From a virus (Duplodnaviria; Caudoviricetes), in the IMG/VR virus record IMGVR_UViG_3300025118_000012, positions 1-63,205 of that record: a stretch of 63,205 bases of DNA; one strand, given 5' to 3'. Position 1 is the first letter of the stretch. Each line of letters opens with the position of its first letter. A program made the translations under genes and the position numbers. Shown piece by piece: positions 18,716 through 29,386 of the stretch. The notes under the pieces were generated by a model. The model was not told the DNA's origin. It saw only the letters and a program-made list of their open reading frames with translations, and ran no database searches.

Positions 18716-19180
18716 ATGGCAAAAGCACTTTTTTCAAAATTTTCATCTGGTGCAGATTCAAACTGCATTGGAATTGTATCTACTTCAGATTGGTTGGATC
18801 CAGCAGAAAGCTTAGTCGATACAGGAGTTACTGAGGTAATAGAAATTTCTGATGTTGATTTTAATAATTATAGAAATGGTACTTCATATATTAATCGTGA
18901 AGATGGTGGAACAATAGTATCTAATTCTGATGCAATCAATAACCAAACACAAGAAGATGCTAAAAAGTATATGGAAGACATGAAAGATTGGCATAAGACT
19001 GTTATGGCTACATGGATTGCAGATGGAAGAACATATAAAATTAGTGAAGCTACAACATGGAATTCTTTTTTAGAAAGTTGGGATACTTCAGCAATAACTT
19101 GGCCTTTAGATAAAACTTTTGAACAGTATTTAGAAAGTATTAGTCAAGACTACGTTAGTCCTTTACAGCTTTGTTTATAA
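18716..19180 (+). CDS. Fibre-associated hypothetical protein (possible chaperone)
   Basis: Directly follows the fibre gene; ITWP motif. Confidence 0.5.
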   Translation: MAKALFSKFSSGADSNCIGIVSTSDWLDPAESLVDTGVTEVIEISDVDFNNYRNGTSYINREDGGTIVSNSDAINNQTQEDAKKYMEDMKDWHKTVMATWIADGRTYKISEATTWNSFLESWDTSAITWPLDKTFEQYLESISQDYVSPLQLCL

Positions 19181-19196
19181 GTTGTAAAAGACATGG

Positions 19197-19940
19197 ATGT
19201 TTGAACAGAAGATAATTTTTTCAGCAGATCAAGAATTTATTAATCAAAATATAGCTCACCCACAACCTATTAAAGTTAATATACCTAAATGGTATAAAGA
19301 GCTTGACCATACAAAAGAAATACAAACTATTAAAGGTTGTATACCTGTTTTAGATTCATTGACTTCTGGGTATCTCATGCGGATGCCTCAAGATATGGCA
19401 ATCCAACATAATGTAACTAATAAAGAAGGCAAGCAAGATTCTTTTGTAAAATGGGGGTACGAGCCTTTAGGGGCATGGACTGCAGCAAAAGGTTTAAACT
19501 TAAATTTTGATGCTTCTGATACACACAACCCAAGACAGGTTGGTAAGTGTCCTTACCTACAAAAAAATAAAGAATTACCTTTTTATAAAATTATGAATCC
19601 TTGGGTTATAACAACACCCCCAGGTTATTCATGTTTATTTGTACCTCCACTCAATAACCCTGACGATAGGTTTCATATTGTTGCTGGTATAGTTGATACT
19701 GATACATATACAACACACATAAATTTTCCTATGGTAATTAATGGTGATAAATACCCAACATTAGAAACAACCATAAAAGTAAATACACCCATTGTTCAAA
19801 TAATACCCTTTAAGAGAGATAATTGGAAAATGGAAATAAAACCAAGTAAAGTTGATGGACGATGGAAAATGCTTAAGTTGACACAAAGATTAGTTCATAA
19901 ATATAAAAATGCTTTTTGGGCTAAGAAATCATGGAAATAA
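19197..19940 (+). CDS. DUF6065-like / dUTPase-fold protein
   Basis: IPKWYK, TIKGCIP, PWVITTPPGYS, GIVDTD, TPIVQIIPFKR. Confidence 0.65.
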   Translation: MFEQKIIFSADQEFINQNIAHPQPIKVNIPKWYKELDHTKEIQTIKGCIPVLDSLTSGYLMRMPQDMAIQHNVTNKEGKQDSFVKWGYEPLGAWTAAKGLNLNFDASDTHNPRQVGKCPYLQKNKELPFYKIMNPWVITTPPGYSCLFVPPLNNPDDRFHIVAGIVDTDTYTTHINFPMVINGDKYPTLETTIKVNTPIVQIIPFKRDNWKMEIKPSKVDGRWKMLKLTQRLVHKYKNAFWAKKSWK

Positions 19941-20506
19941 AAGACTACATAAAAATTATTGATAATACTCTTAGACCCGAAACACTTGAAGTAATTATGA
20001 AATATGCAAAAGAGTTAAAATACGAAGAAGCAGAAATAGTAACTCAACAACAGGAAAAACCTTTTGTAGAAAATACTACCAGAAAAACTTTATTAAAACC
20101 TTTATATAATACTTCACAATCTTTAACTGAAGTTCATTGGGCACATGTTTTTAACAAAATATTTAAAGAAGCCATTACGGCATACTTAAATGCATTTAAT
20201 ATACCTAGTAATACAATAGCTAAACTTGAAGGAGTTCAAATTTTAAAATATGAACCCGGTGGATTTTACACATGGCATGTAGACCATGGTATTCATTTAA
20301 ATAGAAAACTAAGTTGTATATTTTATTTAAATGATGAGTACGAAGGAGGTTCAATACAATTTGCATTTCCTGCAAAAAACGAAAGTTTTGAAATTAAACC
20401 TAAAGAAAATAGAATGATTCTTTGGCCATCAAATTTTTTATACCCACACAGGGTAACTCCAGTAGAGAAAGGTAGTAGATATTCAGCGGTATGTTGGGCA
20501 GTATAA
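19931..20506 (+). CDS. Prolyl-4-hydroxylase-like 2OG-Fe(II) oxygenase
   Basis: QILKY, WHVD, YLNDEYEGG, PSNFLYPHRVTPVEKGSRYS. Confidence 0.92.
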   Translation: MEIKDYIKIIDNTLRPETLEVIMKYAKELKYEEAEIVTQQQEKPFVENTTRKTLLKPLYNTSQSLTEVHWAHVFNKIFKEAITAYLNAFNIPSNTIAKLEGVQILKYEPGGFYTWHVDHGIHLNRKLSCIFYLNDEYEGGSIQFAFPAKNESFEIKPKENRMILWPSNFLYPHRVTPVEKGSRYSAVCWAV

Positions 20507-21075
20507 AAGATTTTAAATATAAGCTTGTAAAAAACTTTTTAACTAAAGAAGAAACAGAGCTATTAAAACAATTTACAATATTATTTCATCAAAGAAATGA
20601 TTCGTCATTTGATACTAAACAATCAATAACTATGGATACAATGGACTACGGAAACCCAGCAACTGATGCATTATTAATTACAAAACGTAAAAAGATGGAA
20701 GAAGAAACAAAACTTAAACTAAACCCAACATATAGTTTTTGGAGAATGTATACAAAATATGCTGTTCTTAAAAAACATAAAGATAGACCATCTTGTGAAA
20801 TATCTTGTACTGTTATGGTAGGTTCTGACAATACTCCTTGGCCCATATACATGGCTGGCACACTAATAGAAATGCAGCCTGGTGATGCAGCTATATATTT
20901 GGGTTGCGATGTAGAACATTGGCGAGAAGAGTTTCAAGGTGATTGGCATAGTCAAATTTTTTTACATTACGTAGATGCAAACGGACCTTTTAAAGATTAT
21001 CAAAATGATCAAAGAGAAATAACTGAAACAGGATTCGAAAATAGACTAAATGCAAAACTTCCCGACAGAATATAA
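20491..21075 (+). CDS. 2OG-Fe(II) oxygenase (HKDRPSCE subfamily)
   Basis: HKDRPSCEIS, YLGCDVEHWRE, QIFLHYV. Confidence 0.85.
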   Translation: MLGSIKDFKYKLVKNFLTKEETELLKQFTILFHQRNDSSFDTKQSITMDTMDYGNPATDALLITKRKKMEEETKLKLNPTYSFWRMYTKYAVLKKHKDRPSCEISCTVMVGSDNTPWPIYMAGTLIEMQPGDAAIYLGCDVEHWREEFQGDWHSQIFLHYVDANGPFKDYQNDQREITETGFENRLNAKLPDRI

Positions 21076-21700
21076 CCACAAGATTACAGATCTTATTCAC
21101 ATACAAAAAGAGTTTGTTGGTGTTCCTTTATGTAAAATGTTTATTGAAGCATTTAACAAATTCCCCCAGCTACAGACTAGAGAACAAAGCTATAAGTATG
21201 ATGAAAAGAAAATTGTGTGGGATAATTATAAGTGCTTAAGTTTATCCGAACATCATAAAAAAGACGAAGTATTACAAAATGTTTTTAAAATAGCAGTTGA
21301 TATGGTTTCCCATGTATTAAAAAATTATGTTGAATACATAAGAAAAGAAATTTCTCCTACGTTTACAGATATGCATATAAGCCAAACAGATAATATTAGA
21401 ATATTAGAGTATGCAGAAGGCACTCAAATAAAAGATCATTCTGACATGACTAAACAAATCAGAGGTTCTCTCTCTATTAATTTAAACGAAGACTATGAAG
21501 GGGGTGATTTTAGATTCTTTAACGGAAGACATAAGGTTAAATTAGGTACGGGAGATACTATGCTTTTTCCTGCTGAACCTATATGGATACATGGAACAGA
21601 AAAAATTACAAAAGGAACCCGATATGCCATAAATTGTTTTTTGACTTTATCGGATGACAAGATACAACAAATGAAAGAGAAAGGATTTTATGAGATTTAA
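21050..21700 (+). CDS. Prolyl-4-hydroxylase-like 2OG-Fe(II) oxygenase
   Basis: DHSD, LNEDYEGGDF, WIHG...GTRY. Confidence 0.88.
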   Translation: MQNFPTEYNHKITDLIHIQKEFVGVPLCKMFIEAFNKFPQLQTREQSYKYDEKKIVWDNYKCLSLSEHHKKDEVLQNVFKIAVDMVSHVLKNYVEYIRKEISPTFTDMHISQTDNIRILEYAEGTQIKDHSDMTKQIRGSLSINLNEDYEGGDFRFFNGRHKVKLGTGDTMLFPAEPIWIHGTEKITKGTRYAINCFLTLSDDKIQQMKEKGFYEI

Positions 21701-21923
21701 ACAATTTGATGATGGTAGCTGTGATATAGAATTTTCAGATGTGGAAATAAAAATGCTGAATGAAAAAAAGAAGATATTTCTTGATTCTACATCTTTTAGA
21801 AATTTTGGTAATATTCTGATTAAAATGGTAGCTGAATGGCAAAAAAAATTTGATGATAGAGTGAAAAATCTTACTACCTATGGGGAAGATACTGAGGACC
21901 CAGATATTAACAAAGCCCCGTGA
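21690..21923 (+). CDS. Hypothetical protein
   Basis: 77 aa, overlaps the previous stop, AGGA RBS. Confidence 0.6.
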   Translation: MRFKQFDDGSCDIEFSDVEIKMLNEKKKIFLDSTSFRNFGNILIKMVAEWQKKFDDRVKNLTTYGEDTEDPDINKAP

Positions 21924-21940
21924 CCGTGTTATAATGCTTT

Positions 21941-24112
21941 ATGCCGTTAACAAGTGTAAATATAAGACCAGGATTTAATAAACAAGTCACAGAAGCAGGA
22001 GCTGAAGGTCAGTGGACTGATGGTGATAATGTTAGATTTAGATATGGTTTACCAGAAAAGATAGGCGGTTGGGAGCAAATTACTTCTAATACACTTGTTG
22101 GTGCAGCAAGAGATCAACACATTTGGGCAGATTTAGATGGTAGGTCTTATGCAGCAATAGGAACACATAAAGGATTGTTTATTTATTACGGAGGTGTAAT
22201 GTATGACATTACTCCTTTAGCGACTGCGGTTACAGGTGCAACTTTTACGATAGCATCAACTTCTGCTCCTCAAACAATAACCGTAAACAAAGCATCACAT
22301 GGATTGGTAGCAGGCGATCTTTTTACTTTTACATCGGTCACACCACCAACTGGATCGGGTTATACTGTTTCTCAACTAGAAGCAAATCCTTTTGAAGTTT
22401 TAACTGCAAGTACTAACACCTTCACTATACAATTTGCAAGTGCTGCTTCAGGAACAACATCGGCCACCGGATCAGCGACAATTAATCCGTATGTTGGTTT
22501 TGGACCACTTACTCAAAGTTTTGGATATGGTTTTGGTACTGGATTATTTGGAGGAACTGTAAGTGGAGCAATCACAACGACTCTAAACGGAGCCATTACA
22601 GGTACAACCGGAGGTAACAATGCATCTGCTACTAATATTACTTTAACGTCTGCTAGTGGACTTCCTTCTTCTGGAACGGTCTTAATAGGAAGTGAACTTA
22701 TAACTTATAGTTCGATAAGCACTAATGATATTATAATTGCATCGAGAGGAGCTTTAGGAACCACTGCGACCACTCATTTAAATTCTGCGACAGTAACAGA
22801 TGCATCAAATTTTATAGGATGGAACCAAGCAACTACATCTTCTACAGTGGTACTAGATCCTGCATCATGGTCTATAGATAATTTTGGCCAACAATTAATA
22901 GCAACAAACAAAAATGGTACAAGTTTTCAATGGAATCCAATAGCTTCAAGCACAAATGCTTTATCAACTAGAGCTACAGCTATATCTGGAGCACCAACTA
23001 AAACAGTCCAAGCGATTGTATCAGAAAGAGATCGACACTTAATAATGTTAGGAACTGAAACAACCATAGGAGATACTTCCACTCAAGATAAATTATTCAT
23101 AAGATTCTCAGACCAGGAAACCACAGGAACTTACGCACCAACATCGACTAACACAGCAGGTACTTTTAGACTGGACTCTGGAACAAAAATAGTTGGAGCT
23201 GCAAAAGGAAAAGATTACATTTTAATTATTACTGATAATGCTGCTTACATAATGCAGTTTGTAGGACCACCTTTTACATTTTCAATTAAACAAGTTGGAT
23301 CTAACTGTGGAGCTATAGGACAACATGCAATATGCTTCGTTAATGGCTCGGTATACTGGATGGGACAATCCGGTGGGTTTTTCAAGTTTGATGGAACAGT
23401 TAAATCACTTCCTTGTTTGGTTGAGGATTTTGTATTTACAAACGGAGGAAATAATCTTGGTTTAAATTATACAGCAGGGGAACTAACATATGCAGGTATA
23501 AACAATCTATACTCTGAAATTAATTGGTTTTATGCAAAAAATGGTTCGACACTAATAGATAGAGTAGTTACATATAATTATAATGAAAATGTTTGGACAA
23601 CCGGATCATTAAATAGAACGACTTATGCTGATGCAACTTTATTTGAACACCCCTATGCAACAGAATTTATTTCATCAGGAACTCCTAATTTTCCAACAAT
23701 TAATGGTGTTACAGCTGCTAATGGAGCAACTACTTACTATGCTCATGAAGAAGGAACCAATCAAGTAAGTGCTTCTGGAACGTCCTCAGCTATAACCTCT
23801 TTCATACAATCCGGTGATTTTGATTTAGATATTGAAGGTAATGGACAGTATTTTATGAGTATGAGAAGATTTGTGCCAGACTTTAAAATCCTTACAGGAG
23901 ATGCTAAGATATCAATATTATTAAAAGATTTCCCTGTGGACACCGAGGTATCATCTCCACTCGGACCTTTTACTATATCTAGTTCAACGAAAAAAATTGA
24001 CACAAGAGCTAGAGCACGGTTTGCAAGTTTAAAAGTAGAGAATACTTCTATTAACCAAAGTTGGCGTTATGGAACATTTAGAGCTGACACACAACCAGAT
24101 GGTATGAGATAA
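21941..24112 (+). CDS. Tail nozzle / packaged-DNA stabilisation protein
   Basis: WTDGDNVRFRYGLPEKIGGW, FIRFSDQE, VGPPFTF; beta-propeller-like size; podoviral position. Confidence 0.75.
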   Translation: MPLTSVNIRPGFNKQVTEAGAEGQWTDGDNVRFRYGLPEKIGGWEQITSNTLVGAARDQHIWADLDGRSYAAIGTHKGLFIYYGGVMYDITPLATAVTGATFTIASTSAPQTITVNKASHGLVAGDLFTFTSVTPPTGSGYTVSQLEANPFEVLTASTNTFTIQFASAASGTTSATGSATINPYVGFGPLTQSFGYGFGTGLFGGTVSGAITTTLNGAITGTTGGNNASATNITLTSASGLPSSGTVLIGSELITYSSISTNDIIIASRGALGTTATTHLNSATVTDASNFIGWNQATTSSTVVLDPASWSIDNFGQQLIATNKNGTSFQWNPIASSTNALSTRATAISGAPTKTVQAIVSERDRHLIMLGTETTIGDTSTQDKLFIRFSDQETTGTYAPTSTNTAGTFRLDSGTKIVGAAKGKDYILIITDNAAYIMQFVGPPFTFSIKQVGSNCGAIGQHAICFVNGSVYWMGQSGGFFKFDGTVKSLPCLVEDFVFTNGGNNLGLNYTAGELTYAGINNLYSEINWFYAKNGSTLIDRVVTYNYNENVWTTGSLNRTTYADATLFEHPYATEFISSGTPNFPTINGVTAANGATTYYAHEEGTNQVSASGTSSAITSFIQSGDFDLDIEGNGQYFMSMRRFVPDFKILTGDAKISILLKDFPVDTEVSSPLGPFTISSSTKKIDTRARARFASLKVENTSINQSWRYGTFRADTQPDGMR

Positions 24113-25110
24113 TGGGCGAAGAATACGATATTAACTACCTTAATAATTTAAATGACCCTTTTGTGTTTAGAAATGATAAACCTGATTTGTCAGGTACAGG
24201 AAATGTTCAGCCTAGAGTAGGACTAGAACCTTTATATCCTAATTTTGGTGCTCCAATGCCGATGGGATGGGAGAAAGAGCAGGGTACAGGAAATGTTCCT
24301 TTACAGGCAGATACAGGAAATGTGGTCCCTAACTTACAAGCACCAGATTGGACAAGTGTTTATGGAGATCCCAACAGAATTCAAGGATTTGAGGAGCGAG
24401 GACAACCTCTTGGTGGTGGGATTGCACCTATATATAATAATGCACTAGCAGCTAACAACAATAACTTACCTTTTAATCCAATTAAATCAGCTAAAAATTT
24501 TATACAGAATAAAATTTTAAATAAAGCAAATTTTACTGGAATGATACCTCTGGGTGCTCAACTATTAGGAGCAGTCCTACCTAAAGAAGATCCAAGGACT
24601 ACTGAGATAAGAAATTATTATTCAGGAATGTACGGTACAGACGATATTGGAAGAATATCGGAAGGAGATTTAATGGCTGGTTATAATCCTATATCAGGTG
24701 GTGGTTTATATACGTTAACAGGCGGAAGAGCGGGAGACCCTCCAACTCAAGGTTTAGATAGAGCATATCAAAAAAGAATTGAAGGAATTGAAAAAACTTT
24801 AAGAAGAAAATACAAAATGACAGATACTGAGATTGCTGATATTTATGCAGGAGATTATAAAGGCGATGTCTCAAGTGATTTAATAAATAGAATAGTTACC
24901 CTTAAAGACAGACAAACTAAAGATAAAAAAACAATTAATAGAATTAAACAAAAACACGGTGCTAACGAAAATACTATAAGAAACCCGAATGTAAGCTCAA
25001 AAGTTAATTATGGAAAAAAAGATACTCATAGAGAAAGTTATCGAGGTAATATTACACCATCTAAAAAAAGTAATGTTCATAGCCAAGCTAGTTATGATAG
25101 AAGAACATAA
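24112..25110 (+). CDS. Low-complexity Pro/Asn-rich hypothetical protein
   Basis: Three TGNV repeats, basic C-terminus. Confidence 0.65.
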   Translation: MGEEYDINYLNNLNDPFVFRNDKPDLSGTGNVQPRVGLEPLYPNFGAPMPMGWEKEQGTGNVPLQADTGNVVPNLQAPDWTSVYGDPNRIQGFEERGQPLGGGIAPIYNNALAANNNNLPFNPIKSAKNFIQNKILNKANFTGMIPLGAQLLGAVLPKEDPRTTEIRNYYSGMYGTDDIGRISEGDLMAGYNPISGGGLYTLTGGRAGDPPTQGLDRAYQKRIEGIEKTLRRKYKMTDTEIADIYAGDYKGDVSSDLINRIVTLKDRQTKDKKTINRIKQKHGANENTIRNPNVSSKVNYGKKDTHRESYRGNITPSKKSNVHSQASYDRRT

Positions 25111-25274
25111 TGGCTAAAATAAATATTTATATTCCAGAACCAAAGGATGTATATGAAGCGTCTAATCAAAGACAAATTCTAGAAGCTTTAGATACATTAA
25201 AAAGTCAACTTAATTTTTCTTTTCAATTTGATTTAAAAGAAGAGCAAGATACATTTAATTGGTTTATAGCATGA
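25110..25274 (+). CDS. 54-aa hypothetical protein (not in ORF track)
   Basis: MAKINIYIPEPKDVYEASNQRQILEAL...NWFIA; TAATG and ATGA overlaps at both ends. Confidence 0.75.
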   Translation: MAKINIYIPEPKDVYEASNQRQILEALDTLKSQLNFSFQFDLKEEQDTFNWFIA

Positions 25275-25615
25275 CAATACAATACAAAAATCAAGGGTTC
25301 AGTTTAACTACAACAAATACTGTTTCAGTGCTTACTGCAAACACAAGCTCAACTATATTAATAAAACAAATTCAAGCAAGTAATGGATCAGGAGGTTCTG
25401 CTCTTTCAGTAGTTTCTCAAGTTACAGATAATTCTGCATCATTAACTTACAGAATAAGTAATCAAAGTATTGATGCATCATCAACCACAGATTTAATAAC
25501 CAAGACATTAGTACTAGAGCCCGGAGACGCACTAAAAATGACATGTTCAACAAAGGATGAGATACAAGGAATTGTATCCTATGCATTGATAGACAGATCA
25601 CAGGAAAATGGCTAG
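25271..25615 (+). CDS. Small beta-rich structural protein
   Basis: MTIQYKNQGF start, LVLEPGDALK. Confidence 0.65.
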   Translation: MTIQYKNQGFSLTTTNTVSVLTANTSSTILIKQIQASNGSGGSALSVVSQVTDNSASLTYRISNQSIDASSTTDLITKTLVLEPGDALKMTCSTKDEIQGIVSYALIDRSQENG

Positions 25616-25736
25616 ACAAAAATTTACGCATTTTGTACCTAGACCTAAACCCAAGAAAAGAATAAGATGCCACAAAAAAAAACTTTCCAAAGAAGAAAAA
25701 AGAGACTATAAAAAATATAATCGACAAGGGCGTTAA
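25608..25736 (+). CDS. 42-aa highly basic peptide (not in ORF track)
   Basis: MARQKFTHFVPRPKPKKRIRCHKKKLSKEEKRDYKKYNRQGR; overlaps both neighbours. Confidence 0.65.
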   Translation: MARQKFTHFVPRPKPKKRIRCHKKKLSKEEKRDYKKYNRQGR

Positions 25737-26281
25737 TGGATTTACAAGACATTGCTAAAAAAGTAAAAAAAATTCAGGTGCCCCTGAAGGAGCAAGATAT
25801 CTTAGACTTTTTAAAAATAACTAGGAGATGGCAATATAGAAATACTTGGGGCCACCCATCAATAGAAATGATAGATTCAATTGGAAGAAGGCAGTCTGAA
25901 AGATTTTTTGATATAAAAGGAGAGCTTATTTATGATATTTGGAAACAATATTACGATAAAGGATTTACCTTTATTTTAACTAATATTTTAGATTTAACAA
26001 AAGAACTTCGAGAAATTGACCAATTAACAAGGGATCAAACTGGTTGGCATACATGGGGTAATTTTTATTTTTCTAAACCTGGAAGACTAGCTAGTTTTGG
26101 GTTACATGAACATGATTATGCTGTTATAGTAAAACAAATTTATGGTAACTCTCATTGGCTGGTTGGGGATAAAAAATTTATCTTAAAACCAGATGAAGTT
26201 TGTTTTATACCAGAAAAAACAAAACACATGGTGTATAATAAAAGTGAAAATAAATTATCACTAACTATAAACTTAGAATAA
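25736..26281 (+). CDS. JmjC/ROX-like cupin oxygenase
   Basis: GNFYFS, SFGLHEHDY, VKQIYG..W, FIPEKTKH. Confidence 0.8.
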   Translation: MDLQDIAKKVKKIQVPLKEQDILDFLKITRRWQYRNTWGHPSIEMIDSIGRRQSERFFDIKGELIYDIWKQYYDKGFTFILTNILDLTKELREIDQLTRDQTGWHTWGNFYFSKPGRLASFGLHEHDYAVIVKQIYGNSHWLVGDKKFILKPDEVCFIPEKTKHMVYNKSENKLSLTINLE

Positions 26282-26291
26282 AGGAGTATAT

Positions 26292-26489
26292 ATGAGTGAG
26301 TTAGAAAGAGTACCTGCTGAAGCAAAAGAAATTATCAAGCACAAAACAACAGGAAAAGTCTATGAGTCTAAGGCTGCTTTTGATGCTGATGTTGCTGATC
26401 CAAGCACAGACACTACAGATGCAGATTTTTCTCAACACGTTGAGATTACTGTTGCAAAACTATCTCTCTTTGGTAAAACCAAGGAGTAA
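26292..26489 (+). CDS. Small acidic hypothetical protein
   Basis: AAGGAG RBS; coupled to the glycosyltransferase gene. Confidence 0.7.
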   Translation: MSELERVPAEAKEIIKHKTTGKVYESKAAFDADVADPSTDTTDADFSQHVEITVAKLSLFGKTKE

Positions 26490-27421
26490 TGGAACCTAGA
26501 GGTGCAACAGAACTTCAACAAGAACAGTTAATAAAACATGTCCCAAAAGAAATTTTGGACAAAGTACAAATCTGTACATCTATACCAGGAAAGGTTCCAA
26601 TCGATCCAAAGAAATTAAATGTGCTTTGGCAAAAGAATTCCTATGACCAAGGTAATTTACAAGAATTTTTTGGTGATTCTAAAAGACATGATGAATATGA
26701 TTGGTATGTCTTCAATTCACATTGGACTTATGAGAAGTTTAGATACTTCCATCAAATACCAGAAGATAAAAGCATCGTAATTAAAAATGGTGCTCACCAT
26801 TTCCCTAAAAGAAAAATTTATAAGCAAGGAGATACAGTAAGAATACTTCACCATTGTACTCCTTGGCGAGGATTAAACGTATTGTTACTAGCAATGCAAA
26901 TGCTTAAAAGCAAACATGTTGTTTTAGATGTGTATAGTTCAGCAAAAGTCTATGGATCTGAGTTTGAAAAAGACCATGACGAATCCTTTCAACCTTTATA
27001 TGAACAAGCTAAATCATTATCAAATGTAAATTATATTGGTTTTAAACCTAACGAATATATTTTAGAGCATATGTCAGATTATGATTTATTTGTTTACCCA
27101 TCTATATTTGAAGAAACTTTCTGCGTATCTGCCTTAGAGGCTTTAGCAGCAGGAGTTCATGTAATCACAACTAATTTTGGTGCACTTCCTGAAACTTGTG
27201 CAGAGTGGCCAGTCTATGTAAACTATTCTCAAAATCATGAATTATTAGCTGCATCTTTTGCACAGGCTATTGAAGTGGCTGTAGCTTATTTACATACTAA
27301 TGATATTCAAAGTCATCTTGAAGAACAACAAAAATTTTATAAGAGATTTTATAATTGGAATAAAAAAGGGCACGAATGGACAAATTTTTTGAAGGGGGCG
27401 TTACGTGTCAAAGGAGTATAA
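26489..27421 (+). CDS. Glycosyltransferase, GT-B/GT4-like
   Basis: PWRGL, YPSIFEETFCVSALEALAAG (Ex7E), GALPET. Confidence 0.9.
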   Translation: MEPRGATELQQEQLIKHVPKEILDKVQICTSIPGKVPIDPKKLNVLWQKNSYDQGNLQEFFGDSKRHDEYDWYVFNSHWTYEKFRYFHQIPEDKSIVIKNGAHHFPKRKIYKQGDTVRILHHCTPWRGLNVLLLAMQMLKSKHVVLDVYSSAKVYGSEFEKDHDESFQPLYEQAKSLSNVNYIGFKPNEYILEHMSDYDLFVYPSIFEETFCVSALEALAAGVHVITTNFGALPETCAEWPVYVNYSQNHELLAASFAQAIEVAVAYLHTNDIQSHLEEQQKFYKRFYNWNKKGHEWTNFLKGALRVKGV

Positions 27422-28319
27422 ACCGATAAAGGTTCAATCAGATTTTACTAAATCTACAAAACCTTTATGGCTAGAAAAAAAACAAGAAGAATATGTCAAT
27501 AAAGATACATATCAAACTCTAAAAGATTTTAGAGTTGATTCTGTAACTCCTATAGATAAAGATAAAAAACCATATTCTGTTTTTTTAGGCACTCCATGTC
27601 ATTCAGAAGTATCTTTGCATTATGTTCAAGCTTTATTAAAATTTAGTCAAATGTGTTATGCGCAAAAAGTTCATTTTGAAGTACAAATTATGAAATCTTC
27701 TTTAGTTACACAAGGTCGTAATTTGTGTGTGTCTGGCTTTTTAAACAGTAAATGTTCACATCTTCTATTCATTGATTCGGATATACATTTTAATCCTGTT
27801 ACTATTTTTAAAATGATTGTTGCAAACAAAGATGTAATTTCTGTACCCTATCCATTAAAACTTTTTATGTGGGACAAAGCTTTTGATGATATAAAAGCTG
27901 GTAAGATAAAATCACCCGAGCAATTATCACAAAGCATGAATTCATACCCTATGAGGGTCTATGATGAAAAAGATATAAAGATCAATAATGGTGTTATTGA
28001 AGTAACACATAGTCCAACAGGGTGTATGTTAATAAAAAGAGAGGTGTTTGATAAAATGATAAAAGCATATCCAAATAGAGAAATCAGTCAACATACAATA
28101 ATAAACGGTAAATTGGTGCCTAAAAAACACATGTGGAACTTCTTTGATACACTTCACGACCCCGTGGAAAAAACTTATCTAGGAGAAGATTTTGCCTTCT
28201 GTAAACTTTGGAAAGATCTGGGGGGTAAATGTTATGCCTATGTCAACGATGAAATCACCCATGTTGGGGAACATACCTATTCTGGCAAGTTTGTCGATGA
28301 GTTGATAATCAATGAGTAA
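27405..28319 (+). CDS. Glycosyltransferase, GT-A/GT2-like
   Basis: GRN, LFIDSD (DxD), TGCMLIKREVF, GEDFAFC. Confidence 0.88.
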   Translation: MSKEYKPIKVQSDFTKSTKPLWLEKKQEEYVNKDTYQTLKDFRVDSVTPIDKDKKPYSVFLGTPCHSEVSLHYVQALLKFSQMCYAQKVHFEVQIMKSSLVTQGRNLCVSGFLNSKCSHLLFIDSDIHFNPVTIFKMIVANKDVISVPYPLKLFMWDKAFDDIKAGKIKSPEQLSQSMNSYPMRVYDEKDIKINNGVIEVTHSPTGCMLIKREVFDKMIKAYPNREISQHTIINGKLVPKKHMWNFFDTLHDPVEKTYLGEDFAFCKLWKDLGGKCYAYVNDEITHVGEHTYSGKFVDELIINE

Positions 28320-28366
28320 AATGGTATTATTCCTTATTTAGATCTAAAAGGAGAATTTTATATATT

Positions 28367-29386
28367 ATGTGGCATCTATTACCCTACGCACTAGCAGCAT
28401 ACGGAGGTTATCAAGGCTATAAAGGAGCAAAACAATCTGGAGCTTCTGGCTTAGGAAGATTATTTGGTGCAGGTATGGGTGCTTATGGTGGCTACACACT
28501 TGGTGCACATGGCTTAAATACAATGAACCCGGGTGCCTACAGTAAATTTGCAGGTATGAGTAAACCTGCGTGGCTTTCACAAGTACCTGGTATGCCAGCA
28601 GCAGGAGCAGGAGCAGGAATAACATCATATCCAGGAATGAATAGAACTGGTGAAGCAACATTTGCTTCTGATATGATTAACGCTAGACAAAAAGCGAATG
28701 CTAGAGAAAGTGGTTCAATTATGGATTTACTTTTCAGAAAAGAAAATGAAAAAGGAGTAATGGAACTTGATCCACTTAAACTTGCAGTAACAACTGGTGC
28801 AGGAATGTATGCATCAGGTGCTTTTAAACAAGCGCCAACGGACATATACACACCAGGATATAATATGGGTTACCTGAAGATGAAAGAAGAGAGAGGTAAT
28901 TACAAATACATAGACCCGGCTACCGGACAAGAAAAAGAATATGAAGAAATGTATTCACCAGAAGAACAAGGAATAGGACAAAGACAAATAGGTCCTTACT
29001 CTTATGATGTTCAGAGATTAAGAGCTGGTGGTATAGCAGAAATTAAAAAATTTAACGAAGGTGGTGTTAACTACCTTCCATCAAAAGTTTCCCACGATGA
29101 AAACGATTCAAATAACTATGTCAGAGCTTCTGGCTATGTTGAAGATGGATCAGGAACAGGTGATAAAGACGAGGATACAATGTTAGCTCAATTAGCAGAC
29201 GGAGAGTTTGTAACAAGAGCAGATGGAGTATTAGGTGCTGGTATCATAGCTGGAGCAAATCCAAACAGCTTCAAAGATATGAAAGAAAAAGGTGCCGAAT
29301 ATTTCTACGAACAACAAAAAAAATACAAAAGAGTATTTGATTTATTGAAGGAGAAAAATGGCGATAGCAAGCAAAAAGCGAATTAA
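28367..29386 (+). CDS. Internal virion / ejection protein
   Basis: Gly/Ala-rich N-terminus; GTGDKDEDTMLAQLADGEFVTRA motif; LRAGG and FNEGG. Confidence 0.6.
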   Translation: MWHLLPYALAAYGGYQGYKGAKQSGASGLGRLFGAGMGAYGGYTLGAHGLNTMNPGAYSKFAGMSKPAWLSQVPGMPAAGAGAGITSYPGMNRTGEATFASDMINARQKANARESGSIMDLLFRKENEKGVMELDPLKLAVTTGAGMYASGAFKQAPTDIYTPGYNMGYLKMKEERGNYKYIDPATGQEKEYEEMYSPEEQGIGQRQIGPYSYDVQRLRAGGIAEIKKFNEGGVNYLPSKVSHDENDSNNYVRASGYVEDGSGTGDKDEDTMLAQLADGEFVTRADGVLGAGIIAGANPNSFKDMKEKGAEYFYEQQKKYKRVFDLLKEKNGDSKQKAN

